Of a stretch of 64,000 nucleotides of DNA, positions 19,118 to 28,759 are shown in pieces. The position numbers and the translations under genes are program-made. The notes beneath the pieces were generated by a model. The model worked only from the letters and a program-made list of their open reading frames with translations, searched no databases and was not told the origin of the DNA. Source of the stretch: Nanobdellota archaeon (lineage in GTDB: Archaea; Nanobdellota; Nanobdellia; Woesearchaeales; GW2011-AR4); assembly GCA_022564635.1 (NCBI GenBank), contig JADFLA010000001.1, forward strand, positions 7,041 through 71,040, given 5' to 3'. Positions within the stretch are counted from its first letter, which is position 1, and each line of letters starts with the position of its first letter.

Positions 19118-19224
19118 CGCGAAAATTGAAAATTTTCGGTGAACTGGGAAATTTCAAAGAAATTTCCGGTTTCCCAAAAATTGCAAAGCAATTTTTTAGG
19201 ATCCTGAAAATTCAAAGAATTTTC
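19118..19224. repeat. tandem array of four related 21-bp inverted repeats (9-nt arms, 3-nt spacer) at 28-29-bp spacing, 20 bp upstream of 19245 start
   Basis: gcgaaaatt-gaa-aattttcgg (19118), ggaaatttc-aaa-gaaatttcc (19146), aaaaattgc-aaa-gcaattttt (19175), tgaaaattc-aaa-gaattttca (19204); arms verified as reverse complements. Confidence 0.8.
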
Positions 19225-19244
19225 ATGATAAGATAATAAAACTA

Positions 19245-19637
19245 TTGATAAAAATGGCAACTAAGCTTTGGGCAATGGGGATTGTTTTAGGATGTACCTT
19301 GCTTACTTCAACCGCTCAATTATTCTGGAAATTTGGAGCAGATAAATTAGAATTTAATTTATTAAGCATAATCACCAATATAGAAATACTTGCAGGAATA
19401 TTAATATACTCGATTGCTGGAATATTATTGATTATTAGCTTTAGAGGCGGAGAAGTTTCTGTCTTGTATCCTATATTCGCTACAAGCTATGTATGGGTTA
19501 GTTTCTTGTCTATATTTTTTCTGGGTGAGGTAATGAGTTTATTTAAATGGTTGGGTATCTTTACTATAATTGCCGGAATAGTTCTAATAGGTTTTAGCAG
19601 CAAAAAAACAAGTGCAGATGCAGCAGGAGCGTTTTAA
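19245..19637 (+). CDS. 4-TM EamA/DMT-like small transporter subunit (first of tandem pair)
   Basis: four hydrophobic helices, half-size DMT architecture; translationally coupled (TAATG) to next gene. Confidence 0.6.
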   Translation: MIKMATKLWAMGIVLGCTLLTSTAQLFWKFGADKLEFNLLSIITNIEILAGILIYSIAGILLIISFRGGEVSVLYPIFATSYVWVSFLSIFFLGEVMSLFKWLGIFTIIAGIVLIGFSSKKTSADAAGAF

Positions 19638-19987
19638 TGCCAGCAGAGCTATGGGCAATAGGACTTGTAATCTCAGCTACTTTAGTTGGTTCGTTTGGAC
19701 CTATTTTATTAAAAAAAGCTTCAGCAAAAAAATTATCTAAAATAAGTTCTTTAATGAAAAATTATCATTTATTTGGTGGTGTTGCTCTGTACGCCCTAGG
19801 AACAATACTTTTTATTCCTGCATTAAAAGGCGGTGATTTGTCTATTTTATATCCTTTTGTTGCTTTAACATACATCTGGGTAAGTTTGCTCTCTGTCAAA
19901 TTCCTAGGAGAAAAAATGAATTCAATCAAGTGGTTGGGAATATTGTTTATTATAATTGGTGTTAGTTTTATTGGGATTGGGAGTTGA
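19637..19987 (+). CDS. 4-TM EamA/DMT-like small transporter subunit (second of tandem pair)
   Basis: paralogous to upstream ORF (…GGDLSILYPFVALTYIWVSLLSVKFLGEKM…). Confidence 0.6.
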   Translation: MPAELWAIGLVISATLVGSFGPILLKKASAKKLSKISSLMKNYHLFGGVALYALGTILFIPALKGGDLSILYPFVALTYIWVSLLSVKFLGEKMNSIKWLGILFIIIGVSFIGIGS

Positions 19988-21593
19988 GTCCTTGTCTATT
20001 TCTAACTAATAAATCTGGAAAATGATTAAAGAAATGTTCTGTTCTAGTATCTCTGCCACCATATACTGGAATTTTTTCTCCTGCTCTTGAAAAAGAATCG
20101 TATAATAGAAATTCTCCTAATTTTCTGTCTTCAGTAGAACCAGAATAAATCATTTGAATTGGGTAAGCCGCATTTCCAAATGTTGGAATCATTCCTACTG
20201 CAAGAGCAATAAGACGGGATTGTTCCTTTCCCAGGTTAGGTTTAATCTTACTATACCCTATTTTACCTAAAGTATAAGTTGACCTCAAAATAGGACCTCC
20301 TAAAAGCGCTAGTAAACCTGATTCTATGGGACCTGTAATACCTTTAAAATATGTGGTTCCGCTAGCAAAGACTATTCCCCAGTCAACAAACTTAAGACCG
20401 GCATGGAAAAGAAGATCTGTTAAATAAGGACTTGTTGTTTCAGTTTCTAATTGAGAACGTAAATAATCAGATTCTTCGGGTTCCAACTGACTTCTTTCTT
20501 TCCAAAGATTTATTCTACTCCTTACATAGTTTGTAGCTACTTCTGACCTATACTTTCCAGAAGAAATAAATCTCCAAACGTTTGAAGCTGCCTTTTTGTA
20601 GTCGAATAATGTTAACCTAAGATCAATCTCATAGGGTATATCTGCTATTAACCCACTATAAGCCTTCCAAGACAGCCTTGCAATTTCCCTCCCATACCAC
20701 ACAGCATCATGCAATTTATCAGGATGTTCAAAATACCAGTTAGCGTGTTTTTGTGAAATCTTATCTTTTTTTAATCTATACGTTATGCTTCTATGAGCTC
20801 TTCTCAAAGATTTCCATTTTTTTTGATGAAATTCTAAAGAATCTATATTTCCCAAAAGAATGGAGTATCTTCCAGCATCAATCTTACTTTCTAAACCTTC
20901 TTTATTTTCATCAATATAAGCTCGTAATTTATCCATATCAACATCATCAAATAAAGGGTGTTTATGTTTTATTGATTTTAGCAGGTAAAATGAAAAAAAG
21001 CTGATTGGATTTAGTGGAGCTACTGCTGGCAATCCAGATTCAAGATCTATCCATGCCCATTCATTTTCATCTCCATTACTTTGCTCCAGCATAAAATTAG
21101 CTGAAGCTGCTGGAATCCCCTTACCTGCTTGCCATAATAAACCATCAAAACCAGATTCTATTAATCTGTCCTGAAGCGGTTCCATAATATTTTTTATCAA
21201 ATCACTTAATTCCTCTTCTTTTTGTTTAGAAAATGGATGGTGTAAACTAGCATGTCTTCCATCAATATATTCTGTTGTAATTTCGTACCCTTTAAATTCC
21301 TCATTCCATTTAGTATCCAATGATTTTGCGACTCTAAGCTTGGAACCGAACCAATAATCAACCAATTCAGCAAGAACTTGTCTTCTATAATATGCAGAAA
21401 GAATTGCATCTTCATTCCAGTTATAAGCATTTGGAGCTCCTAAAAAGAAATAATTAGCCGATATGGATAATAAACCACCTTCAGTAACGACTTTAATTGC
21501 AATATCATTTCCATCTTTATCTCTACTTTGAAAAACTTTTCCATTTCTCCCTTCGGCAATAAATTCTCTTTGTGTAGTCTCTTCTAAATCCAT
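19968..21593 (-). CDS. hypothetical 541-aa protein with protein-kinase-like N-terminal domain
   Basis: Gly-rich loop AEGRNGKVF, IAIKV lysine motif, WIDLESG (DFG-like); C-terminal 300 aa unrecognised; GC-richer than neighbours. Confidence 0.4.
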   Translation of the reverse strand: MDLEETTQREFIAEGRNGKVFQSRDKDGNDIAIKVVTEGGLLSISANYFFLGAPNAYNWNEDAILSAYYRRQVLAELVDYWFGSKLRVAKSLDTKWNEEFKGYEITTEYIDGRHASLHHPFSKQKEEELSDLIKNIMEPLQDRLIESGFDGLLWQAGKGIPAASANFMLEQSNGDENEWAWIDLESGLPAVAPLNPISFFSFYLLKSIKHKHPLFDDVDMDKLRAYIDENKEGLESKIDAGRYSILLGNIDSLEFHQKKWKSLRRAHRSITYRLKKDKISQKHANWYFEHPDKLHDAVWYGREIARLSWKAYSGLIADIPYEIDLRLTLFDYKKAASNVWRFISSGKYRSEVATNYVRSRINLWKERSQLEPEESDYLRSQLETETTSPYLTDLLFHAGLKFVDWGIVFASGTTYFKGITGPIESGLLALLGGPILRSTYTLGKIGYSKIKPNLGKEQSRLIALAVGMIPTFGNAAYPIQMIYSGSTEDRKLGEFLLYDSFSRAGEKIPVYGGRDTRTEHFFNHFPDLLVRNRQGLNSQSQ

Positions 21594-21686
21594 TTTTCAA
21601 TATTCTTATATCATAAATAACCATTCTAGCCTCTCTTTCAACATCTAAAAAGTGTATTTTTTTATAAAGATTATCTAATTCTGCTA

Positions 21687-22331
21687 TTAACAAAATTTCC
21701 TTGCCTCTTCCAAATAAAACCTAACCTCTTCATCCTCTAATTGCAAAAATTCCTGATAGAAAGATCCAACAGCTCCAAAGAATACTGGAACATGTAAACA
21801 AATAATTTCATCTACAACCTGTTTAACTTTTTCAAAGCTATCTTGGGCTGCAACTGGAACTGCGACAATAAGCCTTTGAGGGTTTTTGCTTTTTACGTAT
21901 TTAACAGCAGCAAGCATTGTAAAGCCAGTAGCCAAGCCATCATCAACAACAATTACAATTTTATCTTTAAGTTCTGGCATTTTCCCTTTTGTATATTTTT
22001 TATATCTCCTTTTTATTTCCCTGTTCATTTCTCTAACTGTTTTTTTTATATAATCCTCTCCAGCTTCCTTTCCATAATTTTCATCAACAATATAATTGCC
22101 TGGACTTACAGCCCCTATTGCAAACTCAGATTCAAAAGGATGGCCTATTTTTTTAGTCACAACGATGCTTAATGGTACTTTTAATATTTTGGCTACTTCA
22201 AAAGCAACTTCAACACCGCCTCTAGGAATTCCTAAAACAATGGCTTCTTTCTTGTCTTTGTATTTACTTAATTTCTTAGTTAATTTCTTACCAGCTTCAT
22301 GTCTGTCTTTGAATATCATTTTTATAACCAT
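21687..22331 (-). CDS. type I phosphoribosyltransferase-family protein (COG1926-like)
   Basis: PRPP-binding motif IVIVVDDGLATGFTM; LGIPRGGVEVAFEVA. Confidence 0.7.
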   Translation of the reverse strand: MVIKMIFKDRHEAGKKLTKKLSKYKDKKEAIVLGIPRGGVEVAFEVAKILKVPLSIVVTKKIGHPFESEFAIGAVSPGNYIVDENYGKEAGEDYIKKTVREMNREIKRRYKKYTKGKMPELKDKIVIVVDDGLATGFTMLAAVKYVKSKNPQRLIVAVPVAAQDSFEKVKQVVDEIICLHVPVFFGAVGSFYQEFLQLEDEEVRFYLEEARKFC

Positions 22332-22334
22332 GAT

Positions 22335-22598
22335 TTAATATAATTGAGACCTTGAATAAACCATTATTACCAATATAATAATCATTACTACAACTAAAAT
22401 TATTAATGGAATTGTTTCAACTTGATTTTTGGTATTGCTCTTTTCTATTGTAGGTAAATCAGGCTCAAATTTATGCAATGCAACATTATATTTCATTGGA
22501 GGTTCATGATATGCATAAAAATGCTTTTGCATTTTTGGCATCCTAGAAATCCGAGAGGATTTCTTTGATATTATTTTTTTCTTGCTTTTCTTCTTCAT
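22335..22598 (-). CDS. hypothetical small membrane protein
   Basis: basic N-terminus, single C-terminal TM. Confidence 0.3.
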   Translation of the reverse strand: MKKKSKKKIISKKSSRISRMPKMQKHFYAYHEPPMKYNVALHKFEPDLPTIEKSNTKNQVETIPLIILVVVMIIILVIMVYSRSQLY

Positions 22599-22645
22599 TT
22601 TCTCATTTAGAAAGGTTTATATAAACAGAATTTAAATTATTTTCC

Positions 22646-23338
22646 ATGCAAAAGACAATTATTATGTCATTGGGCGGTTCTGTTGTAGTTCCTGATAAAA
22701 TAGATGTAAAATTCTTAAGAAGCTTTAAAAAAATTATCAATAAATTCATTAAAAAAAATTATAGATTTGTAATATATTGTGGTGGTGGAAATGTAGCAAG
22801 AAATTATCAAAAAACCGCTTCTCAGATTGCTAAATTAAATAACAATGATTTAGATTGGTTGGGCATACATGCAACAAGGTTAAATGCAAATTTATTAAAA
22901 ATATTATTTGAAGATAATTCAGAAAACATTATTATAGAAAATCCAAATAAAAAAATAAAATTCAATAAAAAAATTTTAATTGCAGCTGGTTGGCTTCCTG
23001 GCTGGTCAACTGATTATGATGCTGTTTTATTGGCAAAGAACCTTAAAATCAAAACAATAATAAATATGAGCAACGTTAATTATGTTTATGACAAAGATCC
23101 CAAAAAAAATAAAAATGCAAAGAAAATAAAAAATATCTGTTGGAAACACTATAGAAAAATTATTGGAGTAAAATGGAAAGCTGGCTTAAACAAGCCTTTT
23201 GACCCAGTTGCCGCAAAAGAAGCTGAAAAATTAGGATCAAAAGTTATTATAATAGGAAAAAATTTAAAAAATTTTGAGAATTTGTTGAACAATAAAAGAT
23301 TTGATGGTACCATAATTAAAAAATCAATAAAATTTTAA
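22646..23338 (+). CDS. pyrH: uridylate (UMP) kinase, archaeal type
   Basis: amino-acid-kinase fold motifs SLGGSVVVP, CGGGNVAR, AAGWLPGWSTDYDAVLLA; collinear with archaeal UMPK. Confidence 0.7.
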   Translation: MQKTIIMSLGGSVVVPDKIDVKFLRSFKKIINKFIKKNYRFVIYCGGGNVARNYQKTASQIAKLNNNDLDWLGIHATRLNANLLKILFEDNSENIIIENPNKKIKFNKKILIAAGWLPGWSTDYDAVLLAKNLKIKTIINMSNVNYVYDKDPKKNKNAKKIKNICWKHYRKIIGVKWKAGLNKPFDPVAAKEAEKLGSKVIIIGKNLKNFENLLNNKRFDGTIIKKSIKF

Positions 23339-23375
23339 TTCAATAATTAAAAATAAAAATACTAAAAAATAATTA

Positions 23376-23630
23376 ATGGAAATGGAAAAAGAATATAATT
23401 GGAAAACAATTTTGCTTGGAGCAGTGCCTGTTTCAATAGTTATGTTTTTTGTCTTTAATTCAGGTATTCCAATAAACCTAAAGTGGTTTTATTTAGTTGT
23501 TGGAATGGCAGCTTCATCGGGAATAACTTACTATAAAGACAAGAAAAAACAAAATATCTTTACATCCGCATTTGTAGTTCTTATTGTGGCTTTAATAGTT
23601 CATGGTTTGAGGAATCTTGGTTTGTTATAG
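23376..23630 (+). CDS. hypothetical 2-TM small membrane protein
   Basis: two hydrophobic helices; no family. Confidence 0.3.
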   Translation: MEMEKEYNWKTILLGAVPVSIVMFFVFNSGIPINLKWFYLVVGMAASSGITYYKDKKKQNIFTSAFVVLIVALIVHGLRNLGLL

Positions 23631-23844
23631 GACACATCCAAAATAAAATTCTAGAAAGGAGGTATTTTAACTTTGTTAGCTTAAAGAGTAGCAACCATTA
23701 ATAGATACGAACGTAAGTGAGAATAAATAATCGTAAAAGACAAAGAGACACTTTTTTATTTCTTATGCAAACTAATTTATAAATCTCACGCGCAAAAGTC
23801 CAGTAGAAAAACTACAAATTAGGTTATTAAGTAAATACTTTATA

Positions 23845-24255
23845 TCAAATTGAACGGTAAAAGAGAAAAAACAGCCTCTTAAAGCCATGGTCCCGATAAA
23901 AAACGTATGAACTCTTTCTATGGGGTGCACAGAGCAAAAAGATGAAATTACATGAATTTTGTTTAGAGAAATAATATACTTTTTCAAGTAAATGCGTTCC
24001 AACGTGATGATGTTTTTTATGTACTATAAGCTCATCAAGGAAAGCAATCTTACCTAAAATAATCCTTGTAATTGCTACACCCAATACTCTCTTCCCACCT
24101 TTAGCGACAATTACTTCTTTATGTTTGATTTCATGTAAAAACTCAGATTTTTCTGCAGCCTTATTGAATTTCTTATTCGGCCATAATCCTTTAGTTAATT
24201 TAAATACATCTTCGAAATCACTCTCAATTGCGTTTTTAAGAGTTAACTTAGGCAT
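23845..24255 (-). CDS. GNAT-family N-acetyltransferase
   Basis: acetyl-CoA binding region VLGVAITRI...VGTHLLEKV, C-terminal FYRDHGFKR. Confidence 0.6.
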   Translation of the reverse strand: MPKLTLKNAIESDFEDVFKLTKGLWPNKKFNKAAEKSEFLHEIKHKEVIVAKGGKRVLGVAITRIILGKIAFLDELIVHKKHHHVGTHLLEKVYYFSKQNSCNFIFLLCAPHRKSSYVFYRDHGFKRLFFLFYRSI

Positions 24256-24502
24256 AGCTCCTAAATGAAAGAACTAGTTTAAAAAAGTTTTTAATATAAA
24301 GTAATTAGATTCAGATTCTGTTTAATATTGCTTTCTAGTGTTTCATCAAGCAAAGACAGATAGTACACGCCAGTATTGTAGGCGTGGTTCTACACTCGTC
24401 CAGTCCAATGTTGCGAGCTCGTTATGTAGCGAGCCCAAATTCCCGAGGAAACGAAGTTTCCGGGTTATTATTAAAAAAGTACCTCTTTGTCTTCTAAAAA
24501 TT

Positions 24503-25000
24503 CTAGATAAAATCACTTATCTTGTGCTTTATTTCTTCGTGCCATAGCCATAATAGCAATATTATTGCATCCATTCCAGCACTAGCCATACGACTAAAGT
24601 TAATTGCTATATTTAATCCAAATGTGAAATCAGATAAAGGGTAAAAAATTAATATACCTGCTCCAAAAATTAAATCAAGAAAAATATGAAATAATATACC
24701 AAAACAAACAACAAAAAAATACATTGCTGTTTTATGTTTCTTTTGATGCCATAAAATAAATGCAGGAATTAAAAAAATCAATCCAAATAATGGTGTATGT
24801 GTAATGGTTCCATGTGCTATACCTAATCCAAAAAAATTAAGAAGCCAGTTTAGGGGTATATCAATATCTGGTAATAAGCCAGCAACACCTGCAATAAAAA
24901 TAGTATGCAGGGTAAAGTATTTCTTGTACTTTGTAATGTAGTCTCTATAAAGATCAACCAAAATTATAGTCAATAAAACATGGGTTACTGCAAAAGGCAT
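24503..25000 (-). CDS. DUF457/YdjM-like membrane-bound metal-dependent hydrolase
   Basis: THVLLT...LLPDIDIP...HGTITHTPLF motif set typical of DUF457. Confidence 0.55.
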   Translation of the reverse strand: MPFAVTHVLLTIILVDLYRDYITKYKKYFTLHTIFIAGVAGLLPDIDIPLNWLLNFFGLGIAHGTITHTPLFGLIFLIPAFILWHQKKHKTAMYFFVVCFGILFHIFLDLIFGAGILIFYPLSDFTFGLNIAINFSRMASAGMDAIILLLWLWHEEIKHKISDFI

Positions 25001-25001
25001 C

Positions 25002-25343
25002 TTACTTTGAAAGTTCCTTCATTATTTTCTTTAAAGTCTGTTTCCCTCTGCTGCTTAATTCCTTGTCTATGGTTTTTAACCTTTTCTTAACTTTCCCAAT
25101 TTGGCTTTTAGATATAATACCCAGCTTTCCTCCTACTCTTTTTACTTCTATCTCTACAAGCTTTCTTACCCTATTGGTTTCATTAATGGCTTCTTTTTTT
25201 ACTCTCTTAATCAAATCTCTGCCTTCCTTTATCGATATTGCATTCTTCCTAACTAATTCTTTTACTATCTTTTGTGCCTGGTTTTTTGTCAAAGTTGCAG
25301 CTCCCAATCCAAGCAAAAAACTCTTTTTTATTATTTCTTTCAT
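25002..25343 (-). CDS. hypothetical small basic helical protein
   Basis: K/E-rich helical ORF immediately downstream (same strand) of UbiB-family kinase. Confidence 0.3.
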   Translation of the reverse strand: MKEIIKKSFLLGLGAATLTKNQAQKIVKELVRKNAISIKEGRDLIKRVKKEAINETNRVRKLVEIEVKRVGGKLGIISKSQIGKVKKRLKTIDKELSSRGKQTLKKIMKELSK

Positions 25344-25362
25344 TTAAATCACCTCAATTATT

Positions 25363-27030
25363 TTATAATATTTTTTCCTTTAATATTGAAAAAAACAAAA
25401 TTAATAATAAAACCAGTGCAACTAAAAAGCTCAAAAACGGAATTAATGGCATATTCAAAATAAATGGATTTCCATAATTAATTGTTAAGGCTGCAACAAT
25501 AAGCAGAGCAGCTATCAACATGCTATAAGCAACCCTGTTTCCAGACTTGTCTATCTCCATAGACAGCTTTTTTACGTCTGTATCTTCTATGTCTACTTTA
25601 ATTGTTCCTTTTTCTATCTTTTTTAATGCTTTTGATGTCTGGTCTGGAAGCTCTTCTGCAAATTTTTTAAATCTGAGCATATTCTTCATGAAATTATTAA
25701 ATACATATACTGGATTGTATCTTCTGGCTATTAATTTTTCTATAAAGGGCTTTGAATTTTCAACTAAATTAAATTTTGGATCGTATTCTATAGCAACTCC
25801 TTCCAGGGTTATAATAGTTTTTCCGAATAAAACAAATGCTGTGGGCATCTTTAAACCATGATTCAGTGCTATATCTAAAATATTCTCAAGAATATAACTT
25901 ACTTTTACCTTGTTGATATCACCAGTCTGCAACGGCTCCAATATGTCACCAATCTCATACTCCAGCTCTTCCCTGTTCTCAATTTCTGTATCACTTAATT
26001 CAATTAATGTCTCTACTATTTTTTCTGCATCATTTTCAATGACACCATAAAATAAATCTATTGATTTTGCCTTTAGATTTTCATCAAAATGTCCAACTAT
26101 TCCAAAATCAACAAAAGCAATCTTTTTGTCTTTAGTAATGAAAATATTTCCAGGATGCGGGTCTGCATGGAAGAATCCATGTACAAAAACTTGTGTCAAT
26201 ATTACTTCAAAACTCTTATCTATCAATGGTCTTAAGTTTATTCCTTTCTTTTTTATTTGTTTAATATTATGAAGCTCTATGCCATCTATGAATTCCATTA
26301 CTAGGATTTTGTTTGTAGTTAATTCATCATATATCTTAGGTATTTTTACATCCTTATCTGCAGAAAAATTCTTTGCAAATCTTTTTGCATTTAATGCTTC
26401 TCTTTTGAAATCAAGCTCTTTTTCAGTCCATTTTGCAAATTCCTCAATTATTTGTATAGGATTAAATTTTTTTATTTTTGGTATATGTTTTTCCAGCAAT
26501 TTTGCAATATAAAACATTATCTCAATATCAGATTCCATTATTTCTTTTGCATTAGGTCTTTGTATTTTGACTGCTACAATATTCCCATCTTTTAGTGTAG
26601 CTTTATGAACTTGGCTTATAGAAGCAGAAGCAATTTGTTTTTTCTCAAAGTTTAAGAATATTTCATTAATATCTTTTCCAAGCTCTTTTTTTATCTGTTC
26701 TTCAACAATGGAATAAGGAAATGCAGGCACTTCGTCTTGCAGTACTTCCAGTTCTTTGACATAACTTTTGGGTATTAAATCCGGCCTCACGCTCAAAATC
26801 TGCCCGAATTTTATGAATGTAGGACCTAACCTTTCCAAAGTAAGCCTTAACCTTTTTTCTATGGAAATTTTTTTTTTCTTTTCAATTCTTGCTCTTAAGC
26901 GTTTTGTTAATGGAATCTTATGCTTTAGCCTTATTTTTCCTATCAAGAAATCAAACCCTTCCTCAAATAGCACTGTAAGAATTTCCCTTAACCTATTGAT
27001 GTCCCTTACCTCTTTTATTATTTTAAACAT
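25363..27030 (-). CDS. ubiB: ABC1/UbiB/AarF atypical kinase family protein
   Basis: ABC1 motifs (…FGQILSVRPDLIPKSYVKELEVLQDEVPAFP…ASISQVHKATLKDGNIVAVKIQRP…HADPHPGNIFI…VDFGIV) and C-terminal TMs. Confidence 0.8.
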   Translation of the reverse strand: MFKIIKEVRDINRLREILTVLFEEGFDFLIGKIRLKHKIPLTKRLRARIEKKKKISIEKRLRLTLERLGPTFIKFGQILSVRPDLIPKSYVKELEVLQDEVPAFPYSIVEEQIKKELGKDINEIFLNFEKKQIASASISQVHKATLKDGNIVAVKIQRPNAKEIMESDIEIMFYIAKLLEKHIPKIKKFNPIQIIEEFAKWTEKELDFKREALNAKRFAKNFSADKDVKIPKIYDELTTNKILVMEFIDGIELHNIKQIKKKGINLRPLIDKSFEVILTQVFVHGFFHADPHPGNIFITKDKKIAFVDFGIVGHFDENLKAKSIDLFYGVIENDAEKIVETLIELSDTEIENREELEYEIGDILEPLQTGDINKVKVSYILENILDIALNHGLKMPTAFVLFGKTIITLEGVAIEYDPKFNLVENSKPFIEKLIARRYNPVYVFNNFMKNMLRFKKFAEELPDQTSKALKKIEKGTIKVDIEDTDVKKLSMEIDKSGNRVAYSMLIAALLIVAALTINYGNPFILNMPLIPFLSFLVALVLLLILFFSILKEKIL

Positions 27031-27117
27031 AAACTAACTAAGAAAAAGGTTGTTTATAAATTTTATTAATATGATTAATTTTATGGGTTTTTAATATTAT
27101 TTTTTAATTATGAATTA

Positions 27118-27612
27118 TTATTGATTTAAAATCAAAGCCTTATTCCCTAAACCTTCAACAACAAAACTTATTTTTCCTCCAACCGGTTTAAAGCATTTAA
27201 AATATGGTTCATTTATTTCAATATCTCCAATATAATATGATTCAAAAATTACTTCGTTAAATACAAAAGCATTGTTTTTTACATTACTCTCTATACTATC
27301 TTTAATTAAAGGATTGAAATTTGAAGGCAAATTACTTAATATTTCATTTTTTCTATCTAAATCAATTAAACATAGCTCAGTTTGACCTGGAATTGAATAA
27401 GAAACCCTTTTTGTAGAACCAAAATCAGAGCTTATAGCCCTTATATCAGAAGTAAGTCTGTTTTTTAACAATATTAAATCTGTTTTTACAATATTTTCTT
27501 TTGTACCAGAAATATATTTGTAGCCAAGAATTAAAATCAATGCAATAACAACTACTGCAAATATATAGATAAAGACATTACCGCTCAACTGACCTCTTTT
27601 TATTTTTGACAT
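27118..27612 (-). CDS. archaeal type IV pilin-like protein (class III signal peptide)
   Basis: N-terminus KRGQ then LSGNVFIYIFAVVVIALILILG hydrophobic stretch (prepilin-peptidase-type signal). Confidence 0.55.
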   Translation of the reverse strand: MSKIKRGQLSGNVFIYIFAVVVIALILILGYKYISGTKENIVKTDLILLKNRLTSDIRAISSDFGSTKRVSYSIPGQTELCLIDLDRKNEILSNLPSNFNPLIKDSIESNVKNNAFVFNEVIFESYYIGDIEINEPYFKCFKPVGGKISFVVEGLGNKALILNQ

Positions 27613-27649
27613 TTTTATTAACTTTTTTAAAATTTAATTATTATATTAT

Positions 27650-27952
27650 TCATTTAACCTCTTCATTAACCCATTTATTGTAACTTTCATTCGCTTCTGC
27701 ATCAATTTTAAGTATGCATGGAACATCATAGCTATGAATCTTTTTAACTTCCTCTTTTATTTTTCCATAGTTTTTTTCTTTTGTTTTTGCCATTAAGACA
27801 AATTCCTTTTCATCTTGTATCTTTCCTTGCCACCTATACATGCTTCTTATAGGATACATATTTGAGCATGCAATTAATCTTTTCTCTAGCAAATGCTTGG
27901 ATATTTTAACTGCTTCTTTCTCATCCTTGCATGTTATGTAAATTAAGGTCAT
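27650..27952 (-). CDS. cutA: divalent-cation tolerance protein CutA
   Basis: collinear with CutA1 (ITCKDEKEAVKISKHLLEKRLIACSNMYP.RSMYRWQGKI…). Confidence 0.8.
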   Translation of the reverse strand: MTLIYITCKDEKEAVKISKHLLEKRLIACSNMYPIRSMYRWQGKIQDEKEFVLMAKTKEKNYGKIKEEVKKIHSYDVPCILKIDAEANESYNKWVNEEVK

Positions 27953-28085
27953 TTTAAATTCTAATCATTAAATATATTACAATATCAGTCATTACCCCTA
28001 TATTTATATTTATTTCTATTTTCTTATTTTTAATAAATATTAGAAATGCTTAAATAAAGTTTTTACAATAATAACTAAAAAAGAG

Positions 28086-28700
28086 GTGTTTTTGATTAAA
28101 AATAAGGAAAGCCATAAATTTCTACGAAATTTAAATTCACAAGCAGCAATGGAATTCTTAATGACTTATGGCTGGGCTATCCTTGTAGTTTTAGTTGCTA
28201 TTGCTGCATTAGCTTATTTTGGGGTTTTGAGTCCTGATAAGTTTATATCCACAAAATGTTATTTACCAATAGGCATATCATGCCTTGATTATAATGTAGA
28301 AACTTCAAGAATTATTTTGGTCTTACAAAATAGTCTTGGGGAGAATATAATCATAAATAGAGTAGCTGTTGGGAAAGTAGAAGGTGATTCATGTTCTAAT
28401 GTAGATTCAATTTCTGTACTAAATAATCAGAAAGCAATAATTACAATTTTGGATTGTAATAATGGAAACATGGGAGGTAGGTTTAAAGGAGATTTAAATG
28501 TAACTTACACAAAAGAAAGCTTATTGACTCATATCACAAAGGGCAGCATTGTTGCAAGGATAACAGAGGGAACAGCTATTTCATCTTCCAGCATATGCCA
28601 AAATGCAGAAAATGATGATTTATGCGAAGGCTTAGATATAGTGTTTGGTGTAGGCTATAAGGCTGCATGCTGCAGTGAACAAGGCTTATGCTGCCCTTAA
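28086..28700 (+). CDS. archaeal type IV pilin-like protein (class III signal peptide; Cys-rich C-terminus)
   Basis: QAAMEFLMTYGWAILVVLVAIAALA canonical archaeal prepilin motif; C-terminal ACCSEQGLCCP. Confidence 0.6.
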   Translation: MFLIKNKESHKFLRNLNSQAAMEFLMTYGWAILVVLVAIAALAYFGVLSPDKFISTKCYLPIGISCLDYNVETSRIILVLQNSLGENIIINRVAVGKVEGDSCSNVDSISVLNNQKAIITILDCNNGNMGGRFKGDLNVTYTKESLLTHITKGSIVARITEGTAISSSSICQNAENDDLCEGLDIVFGVGYKAACCSEQGLCCP

Positions 28701-28759
28701 AACAAAAGTTTAATAAATAAATAAAAAGATGAGTAAGTAATTCAAAAGAGGTTTAATGT

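Noticed and set aside
19118-19224. Possible CRISPR array (regularly spaced repeats)
   Set aside because: The units are not identical to each other, each is an internal palindrome, and the spacers are only 8 bp. No repeat-spacer-repeat structure exists anywhere in the window, and no cas genes were found.
24340-24470. tRNA gene in GC-rich island
   Set aside because: There is no acceptor/T-arm pairing and no GTTCRANYC T-loop. The same negative result applies to the GC-rich islands at 13195-13265, 37060-37140, 43860-43960, 46320-46440 and 57090-57200.
25063-25477. ORFs 25063..25347, 25272..25463, 25274..25477 (+)
   Set aside because: They are antisense to, or overlap, the 25002..25343 and UbiB genes, with low-complexity products.
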